A stretch of DNA of 64,000 bases from NCBI RefSeq assembly GCF_006345805.1, contig NC_042997.1:88164001-88228000 (forward strand), given 5' to 3'. The stretch's first letter is position 1; each line of letters opens with the position of its first letter. Below are positions 1 through 14,105 of this stretch, piece by piece. The DNA comes from Octopus sinensis. Lineage: Eukaryota. The notes under the pieces are model-generated. The model did no database searches and was not told the DNA's origin. It worked only from the letters and a program-made list of their open reading frames with translations. The translations under genes and the position numbers were made by a program.

Positions 1-2157
1 ATTATATCAAAGAATTTATTCTCATTATTATTGTTTCTGTCTTCATGTCATTTTTGTGATAAAATTAATTTTTTTATAATGTTCACTTTATTGCATTGTT
101 TTTTATTGTATTTTTAATTTTTTTTTTTTTTGTTACTGTGGAAAATACTGAAATTAATTTTTTTTTAGCTGGGTTTAATCAAATAAGTACCAGTAATATA
201 CTGAGATATATTCACTTGACTATACCCAACCTTTCACACAATTTTGCCTTTTACCTTGTCAAAAACATCATACCAACATTAGTAACATCTTCGTTGTTGT
301 TATTCTCATTATTACAAAGAAATCACTAATTATTGTTATTTTCATGTTGTTTTGTTATTTTTAATGCCAACATTTCTGTTACTGCTCTAGTTATTGTACA
401 TTTATAGTTCTCATGCATGCCGTATTCTATTATTGTCATCATTTACAGTTAAGAGGGGAAAGGGTACGGAAGGGTCCTAGTAAATAGCTTAGCTCTTCGT
501 CCCTTTACACAGCTACTTTAATTTTGTTCTTTATATTTTCTTTTTTTTTTAAACCTTTTATTTCAATGCAACTCCATCTCAGTAACCCCATCATTTAATT
601 TGATTATCTGTCATCATGACAATCATAATTACCAGTAATGATGATAAAATATTAAAAATAAAATAATAATGATAACACAACACCGACAATGACATTGATA
701 ATAATGACTTCTTTATAATCTGCCTCAAGGACAGTTGGTAAACAATGTTATGCTATATTTCCCAAAAGCGCTACACAAATAAAAATCATTTAAATACACT
801 GGTGAATGGGTATAGAAAAATCATCGATCAACAAAAGACAATACAAATCACACCTCTGTCTGTCCCATATACAGAGACAATTAATGACCATGCTCAAACA
901 CATACGCATTCACATATATATATAAATTAGAAGAATAATTTCTTTATTTTACCCAAAGATTAATATTAACACAGGCATAGGAATACAATGAGAGGGAGAA
1001 AATATTTTAGGGTAAAAAATAATAAAGAATAAAAACAACAAAAAAACCCCAAATGTACAAGCATCGTTAAAATGATGTCTATATATATATGTATATAAAT
1101 ACATAGGTATATGCACAATTATGAATATATACACTCATACATAAAATAATTCACATATATATAGATATACATATATCACACACTGACACATCTACAGACA
1201 CACAGACACACTCATAGATGAATACATGTATGTGTGTGTAGTATGTATAAGTGTCCATAAGTATATATATATATATAAATTTGTGTGGTGTATTATATAT
1301 ATATATATATATATATATAAATTTGTGTGGTATATTATATGTGTCTATGTGTATGTATATATTTTTATACACACACTTATACATCACACACATAGATATA
1401 TTCATCTGTGTGTGTGTGTGTATAATGCATGTATATTATATGTATGTATGCATCAATTTATGTATGCATGTATATATTCATAATTGTGTATATACACTCA
1501 CATGTCATTTTCACAAAAACATCATTTATGTGTGTGTGTGTATTATATACATATATATCTGTTATATATAAATATGTATTTAAATATGTATATAATTTTC
1601 ATATATGCATGTATGTACATAAAACTGTGTGTGTGTACAGACATAACAGTATTTAAAAATGATATTAGAAGATTTCTTTATTGAGCATAAGGGCCAAAGA
1701 TGTGGGGTGGGGTGGGGGGTAGTGCAAAGATAAAATACACATGAAAACAACAAACAACTAGTGGGAAATTTACAACAAATATAATAATAATTACAACAAC
1801 AATAATAAAACTGCTACTATCCAGAATGTTGTGTTATTCTAGCTACATGGAAATACTTTGTCATTAGAAATGCTTTCCTACCTCTAGACAATGCTCTCAT
1901 ATCACTCAGATCATAGTCTTAATATCGTTATGCGTTCTCATTTCTTCTTCTGAAGACATGTCCATACCTCTGTTACTCCACACCTGTGCTTTTGAAATTT
2001 TTCTCATAAAATGGCTACATACACCAGGACACTACTAAGAATGAAGGTGGTTAGAAGAATGGGATGGTTCCATTTCAAACAAGTCACAACTCATTTTGTC
2101 CTTAGATTTGCCTGATATAAGTAATATATATCTCATGTGCATGTGTCTGAGAGAGAG

Positions 2158-2198
<41 letters not shown>

Positions 2199-2449
2199 TG
2201 TGTGTGTGAAAGTGTGTGTGCATGTATATATATGTACATGTGTGTGTGTATGTGTGTATATATATACGCACACATATATACACACCCGTATATATACACA
2301 TACACATATGTGTATATATTGTGTGTATGTGTTTGACAGAGTACTACATTCAGTAATTCTTTGGTCATTAAAAAAAAATAGGCATAGACAAATGGCTTGT
2401 GAGGGCTGTGCAAGTTATGTACAAACATGCAGTAAGTAATACACAACAT

Positions 2450-3028
2450 GGCTATGTGGTAAGAAGCTTACTTCCCAACCACATGATTCCTGGCTTAGTC
2501 CTACTGTGTGGTACCTTGGGAAGTGTCTTCTACTATAGCCCCAGGCCAGCCAAAGGTTTGTGAGTGGATTTGGTAGACAGAAACTGAATAAAACCCTATA
2601 TGTGTGTGTGTGTGTACGTGTGTGTACATGTATGTGTGTGGCTGTGTGGTAAGAAGTTTGCTTCCTAACTACGTAGTTCTAGGTTCAGTCCCACTATGGT
2701 GCACCTTGAGCAAGTATCTTCTACTATAGCCTTGGGCTGACCAAGGCCTCATGCATGGATTTGGTAAACATGCCTGCTGACCAAGGCCTCATGCATGGAT
2801 TTGTGTGTGTGTGGCTCTTTGTGTATGTTTTTGACCCCCACCACCACTTGACAACTGGTGTTAGTGTGTTTACATTCCCATAACTTAGTAGTTCAGCAAA
2901 AGAGACTGATATAATAAGTACCAGGCTTTACAAGAAGATAACAAGTACTGGGAGTTTATAAGTTCAACCAAAATTCTTCAAGACAGTGCCACAGCATGGC
3001 TGCAGTCTAATGTAAAAGATAAAAGATA
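2450..3028 (+). mobile_element. Two adjacent copies of SINE family A; others at about 6890-7262, 17830-19490(-), 39170-39425(-), 45610-45900(-), 55010-55420(-) and 56530-56720(-)
   Basis: Repeated ggctgtgtggtaagaag.ttgcttcc.aaccac...ggttcagtcccact head, gtgagtggatttggtagac body, and gatagaataagtacc...cagcatggc.gcagtc tail. Confidence 0.9.
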
Positions 3029-3047
3029 TATATATACACACACACAA

Positions 3048-3112
<65 letters not shown>

Positions 3113-3718
3113 CATATATATACATATATATATACACATACATATATATACATATATATATATACACATACATATATATACATATATATATACACATACA
3201 TATATATACATATATATATACACATACATATATATACATATATACACACACATACACACTTTCTTGCAACCTATACAAGCAGATACTACCTTTGTCCCAT
3301 TCTCATTCTTACACTTTGTACTGTTTCATTGTTACTATTCTGTAATTATTCACTGCAATGCATCATTAGTCATACACACATATCCTTTGTCCAGTCTCTA
3401 AATATGTCACCAACTCTTCCCTAACTTCCCTTCTTATCCCTCAAGACATGTTCTTTATTCCTTATATCAACCCCCTCACCACACCCCTCTCTTAATTTCT
3501 CATACACTCTTGCAACCTCTACCTACCTACACTCCCCATCCTTCTGTGCTCTATTCCCACTCACTTCTACTCACCTTGTACATTGAGGATCCACACAGAC
3601 ACCTCATCACTACAATTTTCATCTCTTCATTCCTGACATCCACAGCCTCTTTTCTAAAATGCGAATAGCCCCTTCAACAAGAAACCTTTTCTAACCTAGT
3701 CCCTGCTCTCAAATTTAA

Positions 3719-3928
3719 CCCTTTTGTTACTGTATTTATTTTGAGATGCTCTGTGTTTCTTTCAATTATTTTAATTATAACAAAGAATTAAGTAAAATAA
3801 CTTCAGCTAGTGTTAAGAACATAAATTGTAACTAAGGTTTGGTGGAAGATTTTAATTCAAAACTTATGAAAACAGGACATTTGTACTCAGAGCCAGAGCC
3901 AGTTTCAGCTGGGTTGGTAACGAAAGGG
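3719..3928. mobile_element. piggyBac-like MITE; related copies at about 45990-46215 and 48660-48840
   Basis: TTAA|cccttttgttac ... gtaacgaaaggg|CTAA. Confidence 0.75.
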
Positions 3929-4815
3929 CTAAACACCTCATCTCCTCTAGGGATCTGTAGTCTTACAAGGTGCATAGCAAACTCACTAGTGCTGATGCCA
4001 CAAAAAAATAAAATAACTAATATATGCTGTAAAGTTGTTGATGTTAGGAAGGGCCTCTGGTTGTAGAAACCATTCCAAAGTAGTCAGTAGAGCACAAAGC
4101 AGTCTTTCTACTTGTTAGACAAACCATCCACCCTATGCCAACATGGGACATGAACTTTAAATGATGGCAAATATGATTATGATACACACTCACATACAAA
4201 TATGTATAAATTTACATGCACACATATTTATATACACATAATCATACATAGGTGTATAGACTTCTAAACACACACATACATAAATATATGTATCTGCAAA
4301 ACTATACAAGAATGTTGATGGGTAAATAATGTGTGTGTGTGTGTGTGTATGAATAATGTGATAGAATCATTTATGCATCGGTTAGAAAATGCCTTAAAGT
4401 AAAAATCCCACCTACATCAACTTTGCCTTTCATCCTTTCAGGATTGATAAGCTCAAGTACCAGCATAGATTCATTCATAGAATGACTGACAGATAATATC
4501 TGACATGACATCTACTTTTGTTATTTGGAATTAAAAATCTGCCCCCTGGCACTAGGAAAATAAAATCCATGTATTTTTGAGATTCAGTAAAAATGGCAAT
4601 AGGCCCGGGAAGTCCTAAAGCAGGTACCTAAGTATTTCAGTGAATTTCTCCCAATTTCATCATATCAGGTGCCAAAAGAGAACAAGCAAGGAATTTCAAG
4701 TCCTTTAACTCAACCAACAAGTGATATATATATATATATATACACATACATACATGATACATATATATGTATACATACATATATATCTGCATCACTCTCT
4801 CTCTCTCTCTCTTTC

Positions 4816-4861
<46 letters not shown>

Positions 4862-5290
4862 CATACACATACGCAGACATATATACTTATATACGACTCT
4901 GTGTGTGTGTGTGTTCATATGTGTGTATGTTAGATTTGGAGTTGTTGATCAATTTATAGAGAAACAACAAAAACAACATTGAAATATATTTATCATTTTG
5001 AGTTGATAGGAGCTTCAGTTTTCATCTTGTCAGCTTCTTCAGCCAAGTGAAAGAACAAACTGATCGGGAGAAAGTTAAAGTCTCTGTCAAATCAAAATGA
5101 TTAATAAACTGGACTTTAGACTTTGTTCTATAAATTGATCAACTCTGAATACACCAAACACACACACCAAAACACACACACACACACACACGTGTGTGTA
5201 TATGAATACATATAAAATGTGTACATATCTGTATGTATATGTGTATACATCTGTAAATATATATAAATATCCATATGTTTTTATAAATGC

Positions 5291-5344
<54 letters not shown>

Positions 5345-5387
5345 CATGCATACATAGATACATATCTAGATATATACAAACATAAAT

Positions 5388-5548
5388 ATACAAGAAGGTG
5401 CTGAAAAGTTCCTGGCTTTAAGAGTATTATGAAAGGCTTGGTTGAAGGTCTAACCTTCCAAGTTCTTTTACAAGGCTTAAAAAAAACTGAAGTGTGTGAA
5501 TCTCAGAGGAAATATGTTGAATGAAATCAAAATTAGCTGATCCTCCTG
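5388..5548. mobile_element. Truncated mariner-type MITE
   Basis: Starts ta-caagaaggtgctgaaaagttcc (mariner-like TIR) and contains gtgtgaatctcagaggaaatatgttgaatga (like CV.L.G.YVE*); the other end is lost. Confidence 0.6.
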
Positions 5549-5581
5549 TGTGTGTGTATATTTATATATATATATATATAA

Positions 5582-5890
5582 GTGAGGGCGCGTGGCTTAG
5601 TGGTTAGGGCATTCGGCTCATGATCGTAAGGTTGTGAGTTCGATTCCCAGCGACGCGTTGTGTCCCTGAGCAAGACACTTTATTTCACGTTGCTCCAGTC
5701 CACTCAGCTGGCAAAAATGAGTTGTACTTGTATTTCAAGGGTCAGCCTTGTCACGCTGATTTTCCCCGAGAACTACGTTAAGGGTACACGTGTCTGTGGA
5801 ATGCTCAGCCATTTGCACGTTAATTTCACGAGCAAGCTGTTCCGTTGATCGTATCAGCTGGGACCCTCGTCGTCGTAACCGGCGGAGTCT
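5582..5890 (+). mobile_element. tRNA-headed SINE, CpG-rich (young-looking)
   Basis: A box TGGCTTAGTGG (5593), B box GAGTTCGATTCC (5636), central box gagcaagacactttatttcacgttgctccag. Related heads at about 9700, 11920 and 53930. Confidence 0.9.
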
Positions 5891-5893
5891 TTA

Positions 5894-5925
<32 letters not shown>

Positions 5926-7313
5926 TTAAATGTATACATATACATACACAAACACACTGACGTGCACACACTTACATGTACATACATAATTAGTCATGTT
6001 TTCTGTGGAGACTTCAATTTAGTCAATATTTAGACACTCTCAGCTAAAAAACCTAAAGCACCCAATGTGCCCCATACATGCACTCACACATACACATATA
6101 AGCATACATATATGCATGTGTGTGCGTGTGTAAGTCATCTAAGAGTCCATATATCTATCAATTGAGTGGGTATATTAATTGAAGTGTAGAGTATTATATA
6201 TCCATTACAGCCTATCTTACCAATTAATTTTGCACTAGGGATACAACGGAGCATTAGGTAACAGTCCCTAGTGGAATTCATAGTGTAAAACCGATTGGTA
6301 AGATCAGCTATAATGGATATATAATACTGTACACTTTGATTTTACATATACACATATTCTAGACATACAATTGTGTGTATGTATATTGATATGTAACAAT
6401 CCACAGAAAGTTTATTCAATACATACATAAAGTGCAATCGTTTATTTTTAAGCCTGCCCAAAAGCCTGTTTGTTACACTGGAGTGTGAGGAAATAACTGA
6501 AGTTATTTATCTAAATTTATAGCTAGATTTAGACCATGGGCCAAGATGCCTGCACTTTGGCCTGGGGTAGAGGTGCTTATACCTTAAAGTGAAATTATTC
6601 GATTTAGTTATAATATTAATAACTGTTACTCCAATTACAGTTTATGTGGATTGAATGTTCACCAATGAAAGTTTAATGATACTTGGATTGATTGTCCAGT
6701 CAGTCTCACTTTTACTGTCAAAAGTGAAGTTGTATATACATGACAGATGCTTACAATTGTCTCATGTATCTAATAATTTCAATTAAGTCATAAATGCAAT
6801 GACAGATAAAATCTATTGCTATATCGTATTCTATGATTTCAGTACAAAAAGAAAATACACAGCAAATTACCAAATTTACAGATAGGCACAAACATGGTTT
6901 TTTGGTTAAGAAGCTTACTTCCTAACCACATTCTCTTTGGTTCAGTATGGCACCTTGGGCATGACAACTTTTGTTATCACCCCAGGTTAACCAAAGCCTT
7001 GTGAGTGGATTTGGTAGACAGAAACTGAAAAAAGATCATCATTTCTGTGTGTGTGTTTGTCTGTCTTTGTATTTCTATTGTTTGTTGGCAACTGGTGTTG
7101 GTTTGTTTATGCCCCCATAACTTAGCAGTTTGGCAAAAAGACTGATAGAATAAGTACCAGACTTAAAAAAAGTTCTGGGATCCTTTTTTACGTCTAAAAC
7201 TTTCAAAGGCAGTGCTTCAGGATGGCTGCAGTCCAATGAGTGAAACAGATAAAAAACTAAAAGCCAAATTATTATATATAATTGAAATTTTCAAGTTATA
7301 CATAAAAAGTTAA

Positions 7314-7543
7314 CCCTTTTCTCCAAGGCAATTTTATAAATTTTGTCCTAAACATTCATGCTTGTTTTCAGACTGTTAACCCTTGTTTCATTTGTTCTGA
7401 ATAATAAAAAGCTCTCCTTTCATATGTCTCAAATTATTCTGGTGGTTGAATAAAATTTGGGAATATATATCATACATGATGTATGGACACCTGGGGAATA
7501 TGTCCTGTGAATCACATGTGTGATACATAGGACAGGCAAAGGG
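7314..7543. mobile_element. piggyBac-like MITE
   Basis: TTAA|ccctttt ... caaaggg|TTAA. Confidence 0.6.
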
Positions 7544-8129
7544 TTAAACAAATGCTAAAATACTGACCGAGTATATTTAAATATTAATTGCTAAAACTCA
7601 CAAGTTAGTGATAGGGCTGCCACAGTGTTTTTAACAGTTATACTAAAAGCTTAGACCTCAATATATTAAATAAATCAACTATAAAAGTTAGCTTAAATTC
7701 TGATTAAACTTGATTCAAATTCATCAAACTTTGCTCTTGCAAGAGGACTCTAGCAATTGCCTTTCCTTTCCCCTCTATAAATTTGCCTCGTTTTATATAT
7801 TTATATCTATGTATATATACAAAAATGTGAGTGGGCAAATGAAAGAAAATAGCACCCAGCACATCTAGTAGGAGTTATGTGTATTATTAAATAATAATGT
7901 ATGTGTGTGTGTGTATTAACAAAAAGGTGATAGGATTTTGGATAAAAATTATTTATTTAGTGCTTTCATCTCTTTTGAGAAATTCATTGTGAATCATTCA
8001 TGATGGATCTCTCAAAATATATGAAAGTGCTAAACAAATAATTTTTATCCAAAATCCTGACTACCTCCTTTTTCTTAATACATAAAGTCTGTCCACCACT
8101 CCAAAAAGCTCTCTCTCTCTCCCTCTCTC

Positions 8130-8209
<80 letters not shown>

Positions 8210-8739
8210 GGTTATGAACATGGTTTTAATACTAACTAAAGTAAAGCATATTTCAAGAAGTATTTATTAAATCTATTTATTTATGACTAAATTAACGAGT
8301 TGTAATTCTATTTCAGTACCATAATTTATGCAATACACGCACATATATATTTAAAAAGGAGGTGAGAAAGAGAGATTCATCTTTGTATCTTTGTTTATAA
8401 TAACTATATTTATTTAAGAGTCTATCTATATTTCATGGGTGTGTGTGTGTGTGTATTTATGTATATATAATGTGCGTGTGTGTGTCAGTCTGTAAGATTC
8501 TTTACATTTGCTCTCTAAGAAAGTCTTCAGCTATGATTGGTATTTTTGTCCCTTCTCTTAGTGAGTTTTGAGATTTCTTTGAGCCTTTGAAGGCATGTGA
8601 AATATAAGATCTCTTACTTAAATATCATATATGGGCCAGCATTCAGCTATAAAACTAAATCTTGATAATACATATTTATCGAAAACTGATGTAAAGATAA
8701 ACAAATGAATGAATACACATGCTGCTACACACACATACA

Positions 8740-9205
8740 CAAATGGAGGAAACATGTGGAAGGAGTAGCTCCAGGAAGATGTGGGACAATGTGATGAGAA
8801 TGAATCTTCAGATGTCATGCCTCATAGAGGGGATGACAGGAGACTGGGATTCTTGGCAGTTTGCTATGCCTGAGAAGATACATCAAGCTAAGTAAAATCA
8901 TGGTTGTCCTTGCATATAGGCATGTCCTCTGCATCCCTCTTCAGTTGTGCATTCTTAATCTTGCAGGCTCATGGGTGCTGGTGCCATGTAAAAAGCACCC
9001 GTGCCAGTGCCACTTAAGGGCACCTGTGCTGGTGCTGCATAAAAGCACTCAGTACACACTGTAAAGTGGTTGGTGTTAGGAATAGCATCCAGCCATAAAA
9101 ACCATGCCAAATCATACATGGAGCCTAGGCACCTCTTTAGCTAGCCAGCCTCTGTTAAACTGTCCAAACTATGCCAGCAAGGAAAATGAATGTGAAATGA
9201 TGATG
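8740..9205 (+). mobile_element. Decayed RTE 3' fragment
   Basis: ggaaacatgtggaaggagtagctccaggaagatgtgggac matches the RTE C-terminus; followed by the shared tail (tggttggtgttaggaa...catcc...atgatg). Confidence 0.8.
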
Positions 9206-9417
9206 CGAATGTTGATGATGATATATATATACATGTGTGTGCGTTTTTACATAAAAACTGCTGACATCATGTCTGCAAGAGGTGTTGGTTCAAGTCCTAC
9301 AGAGCAACCTTGGACTTTTCTTTTATTGAAAATTATTTCCAACCCAATATTTACATGCTATCATCTATAGCTTTATCATCTACTTTGAGATTAGCTATTT
9401 TAAAAAATACATATATC

Positions 9418-9448
<31 letters not shown>

Positions 9449-9526
9449 AATTTGTCATTGTTCTGCTTGGTTTTCACCAGAATACCATGACTGATGAGGA
9501 TAGCATTAATTCTCTAGGTTGTTCAA

Positions 9527-10025
9527 TTTTTCTCAACCGATCAATGGGCTGATTGAGTAAACTAATCAATGACTGAAGCTATAATGACTATCAGAAACAA
9601 CTGTAAGTCAAACTTACTATAATAAAAGAATATATAATGACAGTTGTTTATACTTTGTCATATATTTATATGTGTGTGTATGTGTGTATGCATAGTGAAG
9701 TCACATGGTTCAGTGGTTAGAGCATCGAGCTTACGATTGGGAGGTTGTGAGTTCAATTCCCAGACCAGGCTACATGTTGTGTTCTTGAGCAAGACACTTT
9801 ATTTCATGTTGCTCCAGTTCACTCAGCTGTAGAAATGAGCTGCGACATCACAGGTGCCAAGCTGTATCGGCCGTTGCTTTTCCCTTGGATAACACTGGTG
9901 GCATGGAGAGGGGAGGCTGGTGTGAATGGGCGACTGCTGGTCTTCCATAAACAACCTTGCCTGCATTTGTGCCTGGTTGGGTAACTTCCTAGGTGCAATC
10001 CCACGGTCATGACCGAAGGTGGTCT
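9527..10025 (+). repeat. Local direct duplication, copy 1 (unique flank + SINE)
   Basis: Matches 11747-12228, including about 165 bp of non-SINE flank. Confidence 0.93.
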
Positions 10026-10917
10026 CAGAGATAGTGTACGCGTGTGTGTGTTTCTACATAAAAACTACTAACATCATGTCTAAATGTAAAAAGCACTCAG
10101 TCCACTCAGCTGGGTGATTGGTGTTAGGAAGGACATCCAACCATAAAATCATGCCAAAACAGACACAGTAGCCTGGTGTAGTTCTCTATGTGCCCACCTC
10201 CTGTCAAGCCATCCAGCCCCTGCCAGCATGGAAGGTGGATGTTAAATGATGATGATGATGTATTCTTTATTTCTTTATGTGATTCCATCACTGGACTGCA
10301 GCCAACATGCACACACACACACACAGAGTTTGATACATAGTAATAAATTTATATAGTATTCATGGATATATTGATATCTTTATATCTTTGGATGTATTTG
10401 TATTTAGATGGAAGCAGAAAAGGTTTAATTATGGATATGGCAGCCAATATATAAGAGAAGGCTGAAAGATGAGAGTGAAAATTACTCCTTTGCAAAACTT
10501 AAAAGAAAATAATTGTTGGATGTTTGCAGCCACCTCTCTTTTAATAAGGTAGTTGCATGAATAACAGCTGTAAACAAATGCAGTCTAAAAGAATTTGCAT
10601 GTTACTTAAAAGCTCCAATGCCTCTCAGCACTGGCTCTGAATGGTGTCAAAATCTTGTTATCTCCATTTGAGATATGATTGATGGGAATGTCCCAGAGTG
10701 TAAGATGTTAATAAAATGTGTGTATGTAAAATGAATGTATGCATGCATGTATACAATTGTAGGTGTGTGTGTGTAATTTTAATTTCTCTATCACTTTTGG
10801 AAAAGGATCTGTAAATTTCATACACACCCATAGATATATATCTTCATGTGTGTGCATGTGTATGCATGTATGTGAGTTGATGATGATGATATATGTGTAG
10901 ATATATGTATATATGTA

Positions 10918-11148
10918 TTGGGTTGGTGCATAATTATTTTTCAACAAAAGCAATAACAACATGTAACAAAAACATCTTTAAATGATTATTCCGGAGCATA
11001 TTCACCATCTACTTCAATTACTGCTTCCCATTTACTTGGCAAATGGTCAGACCATCATTTAAAGATGTTTTTCTTAAATATTGTTATTGTTTTTGTTGAA
11101 TAAAATAAATTTGTTGAAAAAAGCCGCAATAATTTTGCACCAACCCAA
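10918..11148. mobile_element. Mariner-derived MITE with TA target-site duplication
   Basis: TA|ttgggttggtgca...tgcaccaacccaa|TA, Hsmar1/MADE1-like TIR; the spacer encodes DHLPSKWEAVIEVDGEYAPE* on the minus strand (transposase C-terminus). Confidence 0.9.
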
Positions 11149-11164
11149 TATATGTGCAGATGTG

Positions 11165-11223
<59 letters not shown>

Positions 11224-11746
11224 TCACACTTACACAAAGAAAGAGAGAGAAGGTCATACCTGGTGTGGACTGATGAATGGATGTATATAATATTAAACAC
11301 ACATGTACTCATCAATTTTTAGTGATTTCTTCTCTATGTCAATCCTATAAAGAGAATCTTCAGTGATGTGATAAATTTAATATTTAGTTTTGATGGTACT
11401 TAGTCTTTTGTTTAGCTGCCTTCATTTTTCTCTGTCACCTTCCTGGTCAGTGTTAGAAATAAACAGAACTTAAAGCAGGTGGACAACCAAAAAATATTTA
11501 ATAAATTTGCTAAATTTGCTACATAATGCAAGTCTTTAATGACAACTTGCAGTTCTGTTTTATTGTGTAACTTCATTGACAAGACGTTCATTGTGATGGT
11601 GAACTGATTGCTTACCTAGATTTATATATTCTATCACAGACAAATTAACATGAGTACACAAATGTGCATGCTTACACACACAGATATAGCTATTTCCTCA
11701 CACAATAATATATATACACACACACCCGTATATACATACATGCATA

Positions 11747-12228
11747 TTTTTCTCAACCGATCAATGGGCTGATTGAGTAAACTAATCAATGACTGAAGCT
11801 ATAATGGCTATCAGAAACAACTGTAAGTCAAACTTACTATAATAAAAGAATATGTAATGACAGTTGTTTATACTTTGTCATATATTTATACGTGTGTGTA
11901 TGTGTGTATGCGTAGTGAAGCCACATGGTTCAGTGGTTAGAGCATTGAGCTTACGATCGGGAGGTTGTGAGTTCAATTCCCAGACCAGGCTGCATGTTGT
12001 GTTCTTGAACAATACACTTTATTTCATGTTGCTCCTGTTAACTCAGCTGTAGAAATGAGTTGCAACATCACTGGTGCCAAGCTGTATTGGCCTTTGCCTT
12101 TCCCTTGGATAACATCAATGGTGTGGAGAGGAGAGGTTGGTATGCATGGGCGACTGCTGGTCTTTCACAAACGACCTTGCCTGAACTTTAGGTGCAATCC
12201 CATGGTCATTCATGACCAAAGGGGGTCC
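11747..12228 (+). repeat. Local direct duplication, copy 2
   Basis: Matches 9527-10025. Confidence 0.93.
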
Positions 12229-12494
12229 CCTCCTTAATATATCTAAGGATATATTCTTTCCCTCTCTAAAGAGATTAAGCTCAGAAATATGATTTTAATA
12301 TGTGCTTAATTGAAACAGCTGTAAGAGATAATGATCAGTTTCTGCTGATAATAAACTCTTATTAACTTCAATATCTCCATTTTCTTATTCTTCATTTACA
12401 TGACTATAAACCATGGTTTATATATAAACCTATTATTTTAAGGATATTAACCTCCCCAACAAAAATATTAGGTATTGAACTAGTATTTCCTTGG

Positions 12495-12550
12495 ATGATA
12501 CTATCCCTTTATGAAGCTATTAATGATACTATCCCTTTATGAAGCTATTA
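12495..12550. repeat. Perfect 28-bp tandem duplication
   Basis: atgatactatccctttatgaagctatta, twice. Confidence 0.97.
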
Positions 12551-12945
12551 ATAACCTCTATTTGAATTATATAGAAATTAAGAAAATCTCAAACAGAAGA
12601 GAATAATTGTAAAAACAGCTTTAGGAAATCTGAAAAAAAAAATCCTATAGATGGAAAAAGTGGCCTGCAGCTACTACAGAGGATCAAAATCTACCTCTTT
12701 ATAGGGTTCAGTTGTCTGTTGTGGCTGCTGGCAACTTTCTGCCCTTCTATTTCTTATCTCATTTTCTAAAGCTACTTTCATTACTATTCTCTCACATTTG
12801 AAATTTTCTTAATTTCTAAAAATATGTCACTCAGTTAGTTGACACTTCCATTTTTGTTTATGAAAATATTCTCTCACTCTCACTCTCTCTCTCTCTCACT
12901 CACTCTCTCTCCCTCTTTCTATGTATGTGTATTTATATTTATATA

Positions 12946-13567
12946 ATCATCATCATCATCTTTTATCGTTTGCCTTCCATGCTGGCATGGGTGGGATGAT
13001 TTGATAAGAGCCAGCCTGGCAGAAGCTTGCACCAGACTTTTGTAACCATTTTGGCTGGATTTTTACAGCCCTTCCTAACACCAACCACTCAGCAGAGTGG
13101 ACTTAGTGTTTTTTACGTGGCTTAAGCACAGACGAGATCAGTTTTGGCAAGGTTTTCACAGCTGGATGCCCTGCCATTGTTATTTCCGCCATGTGGCCCA
13201 GCATCCTGAGATCAGTCCTTACCACTTCGTCCCATGCCTTCCTGGATCTCCCTTTTCCATGGCTACCATCTATTTTCAGTGACTGGCACTTCTTTATGCA
13301 CCTGTCCTCATTCATACTCTTTACATGTCTAAATCAACATAGTCTTCTCTCTTGATTTGATTAAGACAGAGCGAGGAACTCTGTTGAAAGCTTTTTCCAG
13401 GTCAATAAAGGCTGACTACAATGGCTTACTTTTGGCCAAGTACTTTTCCTACAGCTGTCTCACTAAGATGGCATCTGTGGTACTCTTCCCAGGTACAAAA
13501 CCAAACTGCATCTCATCTAGTTTAATTCTATTTCTAATCAATTGAGCTATAACCCTCTCAGTAACTT
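12946..13567 (-). mobile_element. Internally deleted RTE-type LINE fragment
   Basis: Minus strand reads [33 protein letters not shown], joined to GKGRSRKAWDEVVRTDL and the RTE 3' tail ending in (GAT)n. Confidence 0.9.
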
Positions 13568-13579
13568 TAATGCCTCATA

Positions 13580-13653
<74 letters not shown>

Positions 13654-13934
13654 CACATATATACATATATATATCTTTGTATGTATGTATGAATGTATAC
13701 GTGTATTAGCAATGTTGAAGGGGAAATACTTCAAAGTAATATGCTTGATATAGAGGCACTTCCACTGTTGTGTGGTTACAAAGTTCACTTCACTATCACA
13801 TGGTTTTAAGTTCAATTCCACTGTCTGTCATCCCATGGGTGTCTTGTACTATTGCCTCAGGCTAACCAACGGCTTATGTGTGATGGAAAAGAACCCTGAC
13901 ATACACACCTCCTCATACTCATTCCTAACCTTAA

Positions 13935-14105
13935 CCTTTTAGCATTAAAACCGACCGTATATTCTACCTGTTGTATGTTCAAAACTAGCCAGATCTGGCT
14001 CTCAGACCTACCCTTCAATATCATTCTGAAAATAAAAGTCACATCATCATTTTGAAACTGCAAATTAATGCATGGTTAAGTAAAAACAATGGGGATGCTA
14101 AAGGG
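13935..14105. mobile_element. piggyBac-like MITE (second family); inverted copy at about 46545-46762
   Basis: TTAA|ccttttagcat ... atgctaaaggg; the internal sequence matches the reverse complement of the 46.6 kb copy. Confidence 0.7.

Noticed and set aside
486-501. agcttagctcttcgtc, a hammerhead-like fragment on the minus strand
   Set aside because: It lacks both CUGA and the GAAA box.
5582-5655. tRNA gene candidates at SINE heads (also about 9700, 11920 and 53930)
   Set aside because: A and B boxes are present, but there is no full cloverleaf and each continues into a repeated SINE body.
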